A stretch of 64,000 nt of DNA from Candidatus Hydrogenedentota bacterium. Its GTDB lineage: Bacteria > Hydrogenedentota > Hydrogenedentia > Hydrogenedentales > SLHB01. The stretch is taken from the NCBI GenBank assembly GCA_963674865.2, contig CAXXYE010000009.1, positions 896,001-960,000 of the forward strand, written 5' to 3'. The notes under the pieces were generated by a model. It did not search any database and had not been told where the DNA came from. It saw nothing but the letters and a program-made list of their open reading frames with translations. The position numbers were made by a program, and so were the translations under genes. Shown in pieces: positions 1-9,300 of the stretch (position 1 is its first letter; each line of letters begins with the position of its first letter).

Positions 1-23
1 TGTAGCGGAGGGGAAGGGCAAGC

Positions 24-1250
24 ATGGAGATCGTCTTACTCGGCGTGGTGATGTTCACGCTGATTATTCTCGCGCTTGTCTCGCTCCTTGTCATTGCCAA
101 GGCCAGGCTGGTGGCTCAAGGGGACGTCACGATCGCCATCAACGACGATCCCGAGAAGAGCCTTACCGTTGCGACAGGCAATACGCTGCTGAGCACCCTC
201 GCCGAGAACAAGATCTTCATCCCGTCCGCCTGCGGCGGCAAAGGAACATGCGGCGTGTGCCGTGTCAAGGTAACGGAGGGGGGCGGCGCCTTGTTGGCCA
301 CGGAGACGGGCCATATCCGGCGCGGTGAGGCGCGCGAAGGCTACCGGCTCTCCTGCCAGGTGAAGGTGAAAGAGAATCTCAAGATCGAAGTCCCGGCGGA
401 GATCTTCGATATCCGCGAGTGGCGGTGCAAGGTGCGCTCCAATCGCTGCGTAGCAACCTTCATCAAGGAGCTTGTGCTCGAACTGCCGGAAGGTGAGGAA
501 GTGCCCTTCCGTGCGGGCGGCTATGTGCAGATCACCTGCCCGCCGCACAGCGTCGACTTCGAGGATTTCGAGATCGACGAGGAATTCAAGCCGGATTGGG
601 ATAAACACAACCTTTGGCGCTACTCATCGACGTGTGATGAGCCCGTCCAGCGGGCCTATTCGATGGCCAATTATCCCCTGGAGAAGGACATCATCATGCT
701 CAACGTCCGGATCGCGCTGCCCCCGGCCGACCGGACAAACGCCCCTCCGGGCATCATGTCGTCGTGGATATACGGCCTACAGCCCAGCGACGAAGTGACT
801 ATTTCCGGGCCTTACGGGGAGTTCTTCGCCAAAGAGACGGATGCGGAGATGGTGTTCATCGGCGGCGGCGCCGGGATGGCGCCGATGCGCTCCCACATTT
901 TCGATCAGTTCACGCGCCTCGATACAAAGCGGAAGGTAAGCTTCTGGTACGGCGCACGAAGCCGCCGCGAACTCTTCTATGTGGAAGACTTCGACAAGAT
1001 CCAGGCGGAGCACGACAACTTCACGTGGCATATCGCCCTGTCGGAACCGCTTCCGGACGACAATTGGGACGGATATACCGGATTCATTCACCAGGTGGTG
1101 CTCGACAATTACCTGAATGACCACCCCGCCCCGGAGGACGTCGAGTACTACCTTTGCGGCCCGCCCGTGATGAACGCGGCCGTGATCAACATGCTCACGG
1201 CCCTGGGCGTCGAATCCGAGAACATCTCCCTCGACGACTTCGGCGGGTGA
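24..1250 (+). CDS. nqrF: Na+-translocating NADH:quinone oxidoreductase subunit F
   Basis: N-terminal TM helix, 2Fe-2S motif [12 protein letters not shown]...[17 protein letters not shown] motif, [11 protein letters not shown] motif, C-terminal DDFGG typical of NqrF. Confidence 0.97.
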   Translation: MEIVLLGVVMFTLIILALVSLLVIAKARLVAQGDVTIAINDDPEKSLTVATGNTLLSTLAENKIFIPSACGGKGTCGVCRVKVTEGGGALLATETGHIRRGEAREGYRLSCQVKVKENLKIEVPAEIFDIREWRCKVRSNRCVATFIKELVLELPEGEEVPFRAGGYVQITCPPHSVDFEDFEIDEEFKPDWDKHNLWRYSSTCDEPVQRAYSMANYPLEKDIIMLNVRIALPPADRTNAPPGIMSSWIYGLQPSDEVTISGPYGEFFAKETDAEMVFIGGGAGMAPMRSHIFDQFTRLDTKRKVSFWYGARSRRELFYVEDFDKIQAEHDNFTWHIALSEPLPDDNWDGYTGFIHQVVLDNYLNDHPAPEDVEYYLCGPPVMNAAVINMLTALGVESENISLDDFGG

Positions 1251-2335
1251 GCCGCGTGTTCGGCCCAGTCCCATCGCGCCGCCGCTTCGGGCGGCTCCTT
1301 CCTCCCATGTACATAGCCTTCGCCGCGTGTGTTGTCATCTTTGCGGCACCGGGCTGCTGCGGGCCGTCGGAGCGTGTATTCGCCGGCGCTACCATGGGCA
1401 CCACCTACACCGTCAAGGTGGTAGCGCGGGGGGCGGATTCCGGCGTGGGTGCAGCCGAACATGAGGGCGCGGCAATCACCGGGCAGCTCGACCTCGTCAA
1501 CAGGCTCATGTCTACGTGGTCGCCCGACTCCGAACTCTCTCGGCTCAATCAGCATACCGAGCCGACGCCGCTCAAGGTTTCGAAGGAGACATTCGAGGTC
1601 CTGCGGATGGCGCAGCAGGTTAGCGAGGCATCGGGCGGGGCCTTCGATGTCACGGTGGGGCCGCTCGTGAATGCCTGGGGCTTCGGCCCCGAACACGATT
1701 ATCCCGAGGGGCCGCCGGATGACGAATTGGCACAGCTCAGAGAGCGGGTCGGCTACCACATGCTCGAACTCGATGAGGCGGCGCTGACGGTGCGCAAGGC
1801 GCGGCCGGATGTGTACTGTGATCTCGCCGCCATCGCCAAAGGCTACGCGGTGGATCGTGTGGCGGCGGCGCTCGACGCGTTGGGATGCACGGATTACATG
1901 GTGGAGGTCGGCGGCGAGGTCAAGGCGCGCGGCCGGAATGGGCGCGGCGTGCCGTGGCAGATCGGCATCGAGAAGCCCGATTCCGCGCAGCGCGCCGTGA
2001 TGAAGCCCATACCTCTGGAAAACCTCGCCGTCGCGACCTCGGGGGACTACCGCAACTACTACGAGAAAGACGGCGTACGCCTTAGTCATACGATTGATCC
2101 GCGCACGGGGCGTCCCATCGCGCATAGATTGGCCTCGGTGAGTGTTATTCACGAAGCGTGCGCCATGGCCGATGCGTACGCCACGGCCCTGATGGTACTG
2201 GGGCCGGACGCCGGCTACGAATGGGCGTGCAAGGAGCACTTGGCCGCCATGTTCATCGTACGAGAGGAATCCGGCGGTTTCGCCGACAGGGAGACGCCGG
2301 AGTTCAGCGCCATCACGGAGGGCGCCGCAGAATGA
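1247..2335 (+). CDS. apbE: FAD:protein FMN transferase (ApbE family), probable lipoprotein
   Basis: [44 protein letters not shown] and [12 protein letters not shown] motifs; GTG start overlaps the nqrF stop (GTGA); start could also be the later ATG at 1307. Confidence 0.93.
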   Translation: MSRVFGPVPSRRRFGRLLPPMYIAFAACVVIFAAPGCCGPSERVFAGATMGTTYTVKVVARGADSGVGAAEHEGAAITGQLDLVNRLMSTWSPDSELSRLNQHTEPTPLKVSKETFEVLRMAQQVSEASGGAFDVTVGPLVNAWGFGPEHDYPEGPPDDELAQLRERVGYHMLELDEAALTVRKARPDVYCDLAAIAKGYAVDRVAAALDALGCTDYMVEVGGEVKARGRNGRGVPWQIGIEKPDSAQRAVMKPIPLENLAVATSGDYRNYYEKDGVRLSHTIDPRTGRPIAHRLASVSVIHEACAMADAYATALMVLGPDAGYEWACKEHLAAMFIVREESGGFADRETPEFSAITEGAAE

Positions 2336-2517
2336 AGATCCTGATCATCATTCTTGCTTCCGCTGGCTTCTTCGCCGTAGCCATGGCGTTCTTGGCCATC
2401 GGCGTCATCATCCGAGGCCGCCCCATTCAACACACCTGCGGCGCATCGAAGGGCGCAGCCGACGGCGACAGGTGCGCCACCTGCTCTTGCAGCGGCGACG
2501 ACGGCCGGCCATCTTAA
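2332..2517 (+). CDS. nqrM: NqrM-like Na+-NQR maturation factor (61 aa, TM helix plus Cys-rich tail)
   Basis: ATGA overlap with the apbE stop; hydrophobic helix then GRPIQHTCG...C-x2-C-x-C; position after nqrF-apbE is the established nqrM position. Confidence 0.75.
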   Translation: MKILIIILASAGFFAVAMAFLAIGVIIRGRPIQHTCGASKGAADGDRCATCSCSGDDGRPS

Positions 2518-2580
2518 GCAGTACGCCAGTCACGGCGGCAATGAAGGTTCCTGAGTACTCACCCATCTCCATCGCCTGTG

Positions 2581-2904
2581 CTACTCCTTGAAGAAGTCTT
2601 CCAGGCGGAGGAAGACTTCATGATCGGCCGCGTGGCGTCGCACCGAGTTGACGTCCTCCAGTTTCTGCATCTGCTTCATCATCTGTTCGAGCCGCTCGCT
2701 CTCGTTGACGAGCAGCCATATTCGGCTGTGGGCGCCGTCGCCGACGGGCATGCACAGGATGCCCTCGACGTTGAACGCGCGGCGCGAGAACAGGCCGCAC
2801 ACGTGGGACATGACGCCGGGATGGTTGTTAACCGTCAACTCGAGCACGGCCCGGCGCGCCTCGACGGCGGTGGCGCTTGTCACATCAAGCGTTTGCGTAG
2901 GCAT
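2581..2904 (-). CDS. ilvN: Acetolactate synthase small regulatory subunit (ACT domain)
   Basis: [32 protein letters not shown] motif; overlaps the large-subunit gene. Confidence 0.93.
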   Translation of the reverse strand: MPTQTLDVTSATAVEARRAVLELTVNNHPGVMSHVCGLFSRRAFNVEGILCMPVGDGAHSRIWLLVNESERLEQMMKQMQKLEDVNSVRRHAADHEVFLRLEDFFKE

Positions 2905-4573
2905 GGGCTTCTCCTCCGATCATGTCTTTGTTGGCGGCGCCGGGGGGCACCATGGGATAGGCTTTCTCGTTCACGTCGATGGGGACGTTGATCAGACATG
3001 GCCCCGGTTCGGCGAAGGCTTCCGCCAAGGCGGCCCCCGGCTCATCGGCCATAGCCAAATCGCGGGCTTTCATGCCGAATCCCTCCGCGATGCGGGCGAA
3101 ATCGACGCGGTGACTGAAATCGACTGCAAAGAGGCGCTTTCCGTAAAACAATTCCTGCTGCTGGCGCACCAGGCCCAGGGAGTTGTTGTTCATCAGGATG
3201 ATCTTGACGTTGACGCCCTCCTCGACGGCGGTGGCGAGTTCCTGGATGTTCATCAGCAGGCTTCCATCGCCGCTGAAGCAGACGACGGTGCGCTCAGGCC
3301 GCGCCAGGGCGGCGCCGATGGCCGCGGGCAGGCCGAAGCCCATCGTTCCGAGTCCACCGGAGGTAAGCCATTGGCGCGGCCGCCGGAACGGGTAAAGCTG
3401 GGCCGTCCACATCTGGTGCTGGCCGACGTCGGTGCTGATGAGGGCGTCGTCGCCCGCCAGCTCGGCAACGAGGCGGATGAGGCCATAGGCGCTGCCCGGA
3501 TCGTCCACGCCCGGCGTGTCCAGCGGATGCTCCTGCTTCAACTTCTCCACGGCGGCAAGCCATTCGCTGCGCGGATTCTCCTCGATCAGGGGCAGCAGGG
3601 CCGTCAGGACCTCGGCGACGTCGCCAACGACCCCGGCGTGGGCGGCCTTGATCTTGTCAATCTCGGCGGCGTCAATATCGACGTGGACAATCCGCGCGTC
3701 GGGGCAGAATGCGGCGACTTTGCCGGTGGCGCGATCATCGAATCGCGCCCCCACGGCAATGAGCAAGTCGCATGCTTCGAGCGCCAGATTGGTGTGCCGA
3801 GCCGCGTGCATGCCCAACATGCCAATGGAACGAGGATGATCGAAGGGGATAGCGCCGAGCGCCATGAGGGTGGCCGTCGTCGGCAGGGATGCCTTCTCCG
3901 CCAGGCGCGTGGCAAGTCCCCCTGCGTTGGCGGCGATCACCCCGCCGCCGAGATACAGGATCGGGCGCTTGGCGGTGTTGATGAGCGCTGCTGCGCGTGT
4001 GATCTCGCCGGCGTCAAGTTCGGGTGGAGCATCGGCTCGGCCGGCCTCGGGCCACGTGTCGAACTCGACGGCCTCCCGCTGCACATCCTTCGGCACGTCG
4101 ATGAGCACGGGGCCGGGGCGGCCGGAGGCGGCGATGCGGAACGCGTCAGGCACGACGTCGAGCAGTTCCCTTGCCGAACGCACGAGGAAGTTGTGCTTCG
4201 TGACGGGGATGCTCATGCCGTAGGTATCGACCTCCTGGAAGGCGTCGGTGCCGATGACCGGACACGGCACTTGTCCCGTGATGCACACGATGGGAACCGA
4301 ATCGAGCTTCGCGTCGGCGATGGCGGTGAGCAGGTTCGTGGCGCCTGGGCCGGAGGTGGCGAAGCACACGCCGGGCCGGCCGGTGACGCGCGCCATGCCC
4401 TGGGCCATGAATCCCGCGCCCTGTTCGTGGCGGGCGAGGACGTGGTGTATCCTGCCGCTTTTTCCCAAGGCGTCGTAGAGCGGCAGATTCGCCCCGCCCG
4501 GAATGCCCGCAATCGCGCGGACGCCCTGGCGTTCGAGAAGCTGAATGATGATCTCTGCGCCGGTTGCTTTCAT
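2885..4573 (-). CDS. ilvB: Acetolactate synthase large catalytic subunit
   Basis: [41 protein letters not shown] and GDGS TPP motifs; AAGGAG RBS before the ATG at 4573. Confidence 0.96.
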   Translation of the reverse strand: MKATGAEIIIQLLERQGVRAIAGIPGGANLPLYDALGKSGRIHHVLARHEQGAGFMAQGMARVTGRPGVCFATSGPGATNLLTAIADAKLDSVPIVCITGQVPCPVIGTDAFQEVDTYGMSIPVTKHNFLVRSARELLDVVPDAFRIAASGRPGPVLIDVPKDVQREAVEFDTWPEAGRADAPPELDAGEITRAAALINTAKRPILYLGGGVIAANAGGLATRLAEKASLPTTATLMALGAIPFDHPRSIGMLGMHAARHTNLALEACDLLIAVGARFDDRATGKVAAFCPDARIVHVDIDAAEIDKIKAAHAGVVGDVAEVLTALLPLIEENPRSEWLAAVEKLKQEHPLDTPGVDDPGSAYGLIRLVAELAGDDALISTDVGQHQMWTAQLYPFRRPRQWLTSGGLGTMGFGLPAAIGAALARPERTVVCFSGDGSLLMNIQELATAVEEGVNVKIILMNNNSLGLVRQQQELFYGKRLFAVDFSHRVDFARIAEGFGMKARDLAMADEPGAALAEAFAEPGPCLINVPIDVNEKAYPMVPPGAANKDMIGGEAHAYANA

Positions 4574-4629
4574 GATGGCTCCTTCTCCCTTGTTGTGCCC
4601 CGCGGCGTCGGATGCGGCCGGCGGAGACA

Positions 4630-4669
4630 CAAAAAAGAACCCCCGCCGGCTGCCTGCGCCGGCGGGGGT
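4630..4669 (-). terminator. Intrinsic terminator of the ilvBN attenuator
   Basis: Minus strand ACCCCCGCCGGC-GCAGGCA-GCCGGCGGGGGT followed by TCTTTTTT, between the leader peptide and the ilvB start. Confidence 0.88.
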
Positions 4670-4699
4670 GAAATCGCTGTTTGAGTTGTTAGGCTCCCG

Positions 4700-4801
4700 C
4701 TAAGGCGCGACGGCGTCTACGACGCATACCACTACCTCTACGCCTACCAGCGGGAGCCGGGCGTCCGAGAACGTGTGTGCGGTATAGCTGTCGCGCTTCA
4801 T
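4700..4801 (-). CDS. ilvBN leader peptide (33 aa, MKRDSYTAHTFSDARLPLVGVEVVVCVVDAVAP)
   Basis: 8 Val and 2 Leu codons clustered in the 3' half, 5 of the Val codons being GTA; lies between a sigma70 promoter and a terminator upstream of ilvB. Confidence 0.85.
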   Translation of the reverse strand: MKRDSYTAHTFSDARLPLVGVEVVVCVVDAVAP

Positions 4802-4840
4802 CAGAGTACCTTGTGTGGAACCTTGTCCAATCGTGGCCAA

Positions 4841-4869
4841 ATGGTACCAGCGCCCAGCGCGGTTGTCAA
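4841..4869 (-). promoter_or_regulatory. Sigma70-type promoter for the ilv leader and ilvBN
   Basis: TTGACA-17 nt-TACCAT with an extended TG, 40 nt upstream of the leader ATG. Confidence 0.7.
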
Positions 4870-4964
4870 GGGCAATTCGGAATTGTGCGGCTTTATCGTG
4901 TAAAATAGGAATACTTGGACGATCTGCGGTAACAACCTGAAATACTTGAAGGAGAATTCTGCCA

Positions 4965-6191
4965 ATGGGGCAACAGCCCGTGGTCATGATAAGTTCCTAT
5001 CCTCCCCGCCTGTGCGGCATCGGTACCTTCTGCGAGGAAGCGCGGGAGTTTGTTCAGCGCACCGTGCCCGATCGGCCCGTTGTGGTCATTTCCCACACGG
5101 ACGGCGATGGCGACGGCGTCTTTCCCATCATGGATTTGTCAAAGCGGCGATGGTGGAAGCCGGTGGCCGACAAGGTCGCGGAACTTAATCCCTACGCAGT
5201 ACACATCCAGCACGAGTACGGCCTTTATCAGCATGTCGATGAACGCGGGCAGACGGATAATAACGAGGGCTTTCTGGATCTGCTGGATGCCATCGCCGAC
5301 TATCCCGTCATCGTCGAGCCCCATACCGTTCATGGCCGCCTGACGGATTTCGAAGCCGACTTCGTCTATCAGGTGTCGAGCCGGTGCGATGTCCTGCTCC
5401 TCAAGTGCCATTACCAGAAATGGCGGCTCGATTGGACGTTTCCCCAGCGCGGCTGGGCCACGCCCAAGAATGTCATGGTGGTTCCCCACGGCGCCCGGCC
5501 CGATCGGCGCTACTCGCTGGCCGACGTCAAGGAACTGCGGCACGAACTCGGCCTCGACAACCGTGGCCTTGGCGAGCATCTCGTTGGGCTCATCGGATGG
5601 ATCCAGTCCAACAAGCGCTGGGATATCCTCACTTCCATGTGGGAGGACATCGCCGCCGAGATCGCCGATCGCACCGGGCAGGACTGGGATCTCCTCGCGG
5701 CGGGCGCCATGCGCGATCCCAATCACAAGCAGGACTACGAGGAGTGGAAGGGCCAAGTCCAGTTCCTCGAGCAGAAAGGACTTGCCCACTACTACGAATT
5801 CATTCCGCGCGGCGATATCTACTATAAGATGATGGCCGTTTGCGACTTCATTGTGCTCCCCAGCATCGATGAAACGCAATCAGGCACTCTCGCGAGAATC
5901 ATCGCGCTCAACAAGCCCTACATCACGACGGCGCCCATGGAAGGACTTACGGCGCAAACCATCGAGAGCGAGGGAGGCCTTCTTTTCACCACCAAGAAGC
6001 GCCTTCGGCGCCACGTTGTCTCCTTGGCATGTGACGAGCGGCTCCGCCTCCAGCTTGGTGAGAATCTCAAGCACTACCTCGACAACGAAGTCTCGTGGGA
6101 CATCGTCGCGCGCCAGTATCTCGACGCCTACGACCTCGCCCGCCGGGCCAAGGCCGCGGGGTCGCGGGTCGAACTCGAGCCGGAGCTGTAA
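4965..6191 (+). CDS. Glycosyltransferase, GT-B fold (GT4-like)
   Basis: SSYPPRLCGIGTF, HIQHEYGLY, VVPHG, GWIQSNK and DFIVLP...QSGTLA motifs; AAGGAG RBS. Confidence 0.85.
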   Translation: MGQQPVVMISSYPPRLCGIGTFCEEAREFVQRTVPDRPVVVISHTDGDGDGVFPIMDLSKRRWWKPVADKVAELNPYAVHIQHEYGLYQHVDERGQTDNNEGFLDLLDAIADYPVIVEPHTVHGRLTDFEADFVYQVSSRCDVLLLKCHYQKWRLDWTFPQRGWATPKNVMVVPHGARPDRRYSLADVKELRHELGLDNRGLGEHLVGLIGWIQSNKRWDILTSMWEDIAAEIADRTGQDWDLLAAGAMRDPNHKQDYEEWKGQVQFLEQKGLAHYYEFIPRGDIYYKMMAVCDFIVLPSIDETQSGTLARIIALNKPYITTAPMEGLTAQTIESEGGLLFTTKKRLRRHVVSLACDERLRLQLGENLKHYLDNEVSWDIVARQYLDAYDLARRAKAAGSRVELEPEL

Positions 6192-6226
6192 GGCATTTAC
6201 GCCCCTGGAGGGTACCGATAGCACTG

Positions 6227-6275
6227 AAAAAAACGAGGGCCGGTGACAAATAATTGTCACCGGCCCTCGCTGTTT
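6227..6275. terminator. Probable bidirectional intrinsic terminator between convergent genes
   Basis: Perfect 16-bp stem CGAGGGCCGGTGACAA/TTGTCACCGGCCCTCG (6234-6269) with an A7 run on the left (U-tract on the minus strand). Confidence 0.8.
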
Positions 6276-6308
6276 GGCGTTCTTTGGCCTACGCGTCAGG
6301 CGGCGTGG

Positions 6309-9300
6309 TTATTCGTCCCATCGGCCGCAAAGGCCCATCACGCGGAAGCCCAGGTTCGGCCACGTCGTCTCCGGGGGCTCCGAAGTCCGGTAAGCCGTGC
6401 GCTGATAGTATTGCCCTTCGGCGTAGCTGCCGCCACGTATTACCTTCTCGTCGTACGTGAAGTCTCCTTTGGCACTGCCGTTGAGGTAATACGGGTCGTA
6501 GTCATCGCCGTAGAGCGTCGCCGGGCTGCTTGTCCACTCCCACACGTTGCCGCTCATGTCGAAACAGCCGTGCGGACTCATACTGAACACCGTCCCGGCG
6601 TTGAGGCCGTCGTAGTACCCGACGGGCGTCGTGAGCGGCTCGGCGGAGAGTCCAAGCGGGTTACTGAGGTTGTAGTTGCACCGCGTCGCGTCAATGTCGT
6701 CCGCGGTGAAACCGTAGATCCAGTGCTTGCCGGAAGGCGACGTTGCTTTTTGTGGGATTTCCGCCCACGCCGCGAAGTACTCCCATTCGGGCTCATACGC
6801 CACCCAGTAGCCATCCAATGAAGACGAGGTGGCCTTCGGGAAAGCGTCGAATGCGGCTCCCGACTTCGCCAGGGAGTAGAATGAGCCCAATCCGCACTTC
6901 TCGCTGTAGCAGTTGCAGAATGCGATCGCGCCGTACCAGCTCACTTCAACAACCGGATGTTCATCCAGCGATACGCCGTCGCGATCTACCACTACGAAAC
7001 CACCGCCCTCCGCGTCGTATTCGATGTCGCAGTATTCGATCTCATCCAAGTGATCGACGATTTGGAGCAGCAGCCTGTCGTTGAAGTACACGTCCCCACC
7101 TGCATACGCCGCCTTTTCGGCGGATTCGGGACGGAGGTAGTTCATATACAGCGCGTAGTTCAAAACGGAGGCATACTGGGCGTTCGTGACCTCATAGACT
7201 CCCATCGCCGGCGGGCTGTAATTCGCGAAGTACAGGTACTGATCCTGGGGTGCCACGCTGAAGACCTCGATAGCCGAGATCTTGGGATTTTCCTCATTCG
7301 CGGCGAACATGATGTCGAGCGTCGGCGTCTGGGCCGAGGTCAGATCTACCGCGAACTCCTTCACCGCGGCCACGCCGAACCCAACATCCGCCACAATGTC
7401 GTAATCGTCCAGCACAAGCGTGTCCTCGATGTAGACATCGAATGAACGCGGATTCTGCGCCGTGATCGAATCGTAGATTTCCGCGAAGTGGAGCCGGACT
7501 ACATACGCGCCTTCGGAGGCGGGGAACGAATAGCCACCCAGAGTCGCGGGGACTTGCTTTGGAGTCGCTGCCGTCCAGTAGCGCTCCGTCTGGAAGAGCG
7601 TTGGATCATCCGTCCCGGTGATGGGCTGCGTGAAGTCCTCGTACGTGGACCCGGCGGCGTAGTAGTCGTCCGTCGCCCACACGCGGCCCTCGGCGTCCGT
7701 GTACGCATCATCCATTTCACCGCAGTTAATGCGGTACTGCACGAATAGCCCCCGGGCCTCCGGCGCATCATCGGGAATCTCGTAGGCGAGAATCTCGTCG
7801 TCCGTCGGCCCCATGGTGAAGTAGGGGTAGCCAAAAGAACAGTACATTTCGACGTCCGGCGCTACCGTTACCGTCACGGTGTCCGGCGCGCTCTGCTGCT
7901 TTGTCGCAACTCCGTCATCCACCACGAGTTGCAGCACGTAGTCGCCCATCATGTCCGGATAGAACGCGGGCGCGGGCAAGGTCGTGGCATCCGCTTCCTT
8001 GGCCTGAGCCGCCGTCGGATCGAACAGGCTCGAATCCGTCACGGCGCTGCCGTCGGGCACCGATGTGAACGTCCACAGATACGTCAGTGTGTCGCAGTCC
8101 AGATCGTAGGAGTCGTCGCCGTTCAACTGCACGTAGTCCCAATCGGGCGTCGGCGGAGCCACCTTATTCGGCACGACGCTCGGCACAAGGTGAATCTGGT
8201 CGGGGCCCGCATCCGCCACGGGGGCGCCATTGCCGTATGTGATAGCGACCTCGTCCGCTACGCTGTAGTCTTCACCGTCGAAGACAATCAACTGGACAAC
8301 GTATTCGCCCTGGAGGTCCGGCGTAAACGTCGGATCCACGGCGGTTGCGTCGGAAAGGCTCGAATCGTCCACGGCGCTGTCTTGCGGCACCGACACGAAT
8401 GTCCACGCGTACGTCAGCGGGTCCGAGTCGGGATCGTACGACCCGCTCCCGTCAAGCTGGACTTCCGTGCCCGCGCGACGGCACCGGTACTTGAAGGCAA
8501 GCCCTTTGGAGGTGTGATAGTCGGAGGTCGAGTAGACGTAAATCACCTCATAGGTGTCGGGGTCGGACGCCTGCTTCACGGCAACTTGTCCATCGCCTGC
8601 TTTGATGACGGCGCCGACGGTGAACGCCCCCGTTGTCTCGTTGTTATACTCATTGTTCTCATCGACGTCTTCATTCACATCCGCTGTCGCGCTGTAGCCA
8701 TAGCTTCCCGCGGGCAGCGTCTCAAAGCGCTGCAGGGTCTCGCTCGCGCCGGCTGCCAGGCCGGTATACGCCTGAATAAGGCCAAACGTCTCCCCGCCTA
8801 TCTTGAACTCGACGTCGAACGGGCCCGCGTCGACGCTTCCCCAATTTGACACGACCGCCGTGAAGGTGATCTCGTCCTGGTCGGACGGGGAGGTCGGGTC
8901 GATACTCAGATCGGAGATAACCAAATCGGGCGTCGGCGGGCCAACGGCGTAGATCATACTGCAGGTATCCGCGAGAATGAAGCGGCCGTTCTCCCTGTCA
9001 TACGTCAAGGCCGAGGGGTTGCACTCCATCCAATCCTGCGGTACCGAATGCGTCGTCAGCACGGGCGGGTCTACAAACAGCAGCGACTCGAAGAGGATCA
9101 CATCGCTCGGCTGTTTGTAGTAGGCGCGGCTCGATGCGTGATACATCTCGTCATCATCGAAGTTGAAGGCCAGGCACTGGCCGTCTCTGTCGAGGGAGTT
9201 CGTGAACTGGTACCAGAAGGTCGCCGTTGCATCATCCTGGCTCAGGTGGTACAGGCTGTCCGGCCACTCATTCTCCTGGCTGCTTCCCGTCACCCCGAAC

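Noticed and set aside
2648..4684. Long antisense ORFs (also 30501-32111, 37005-38249, 60210-61493, 16441-17865)
   Set aside because: Shadow frames of well-supported genes in GC-rich DNA, with no protein motifs
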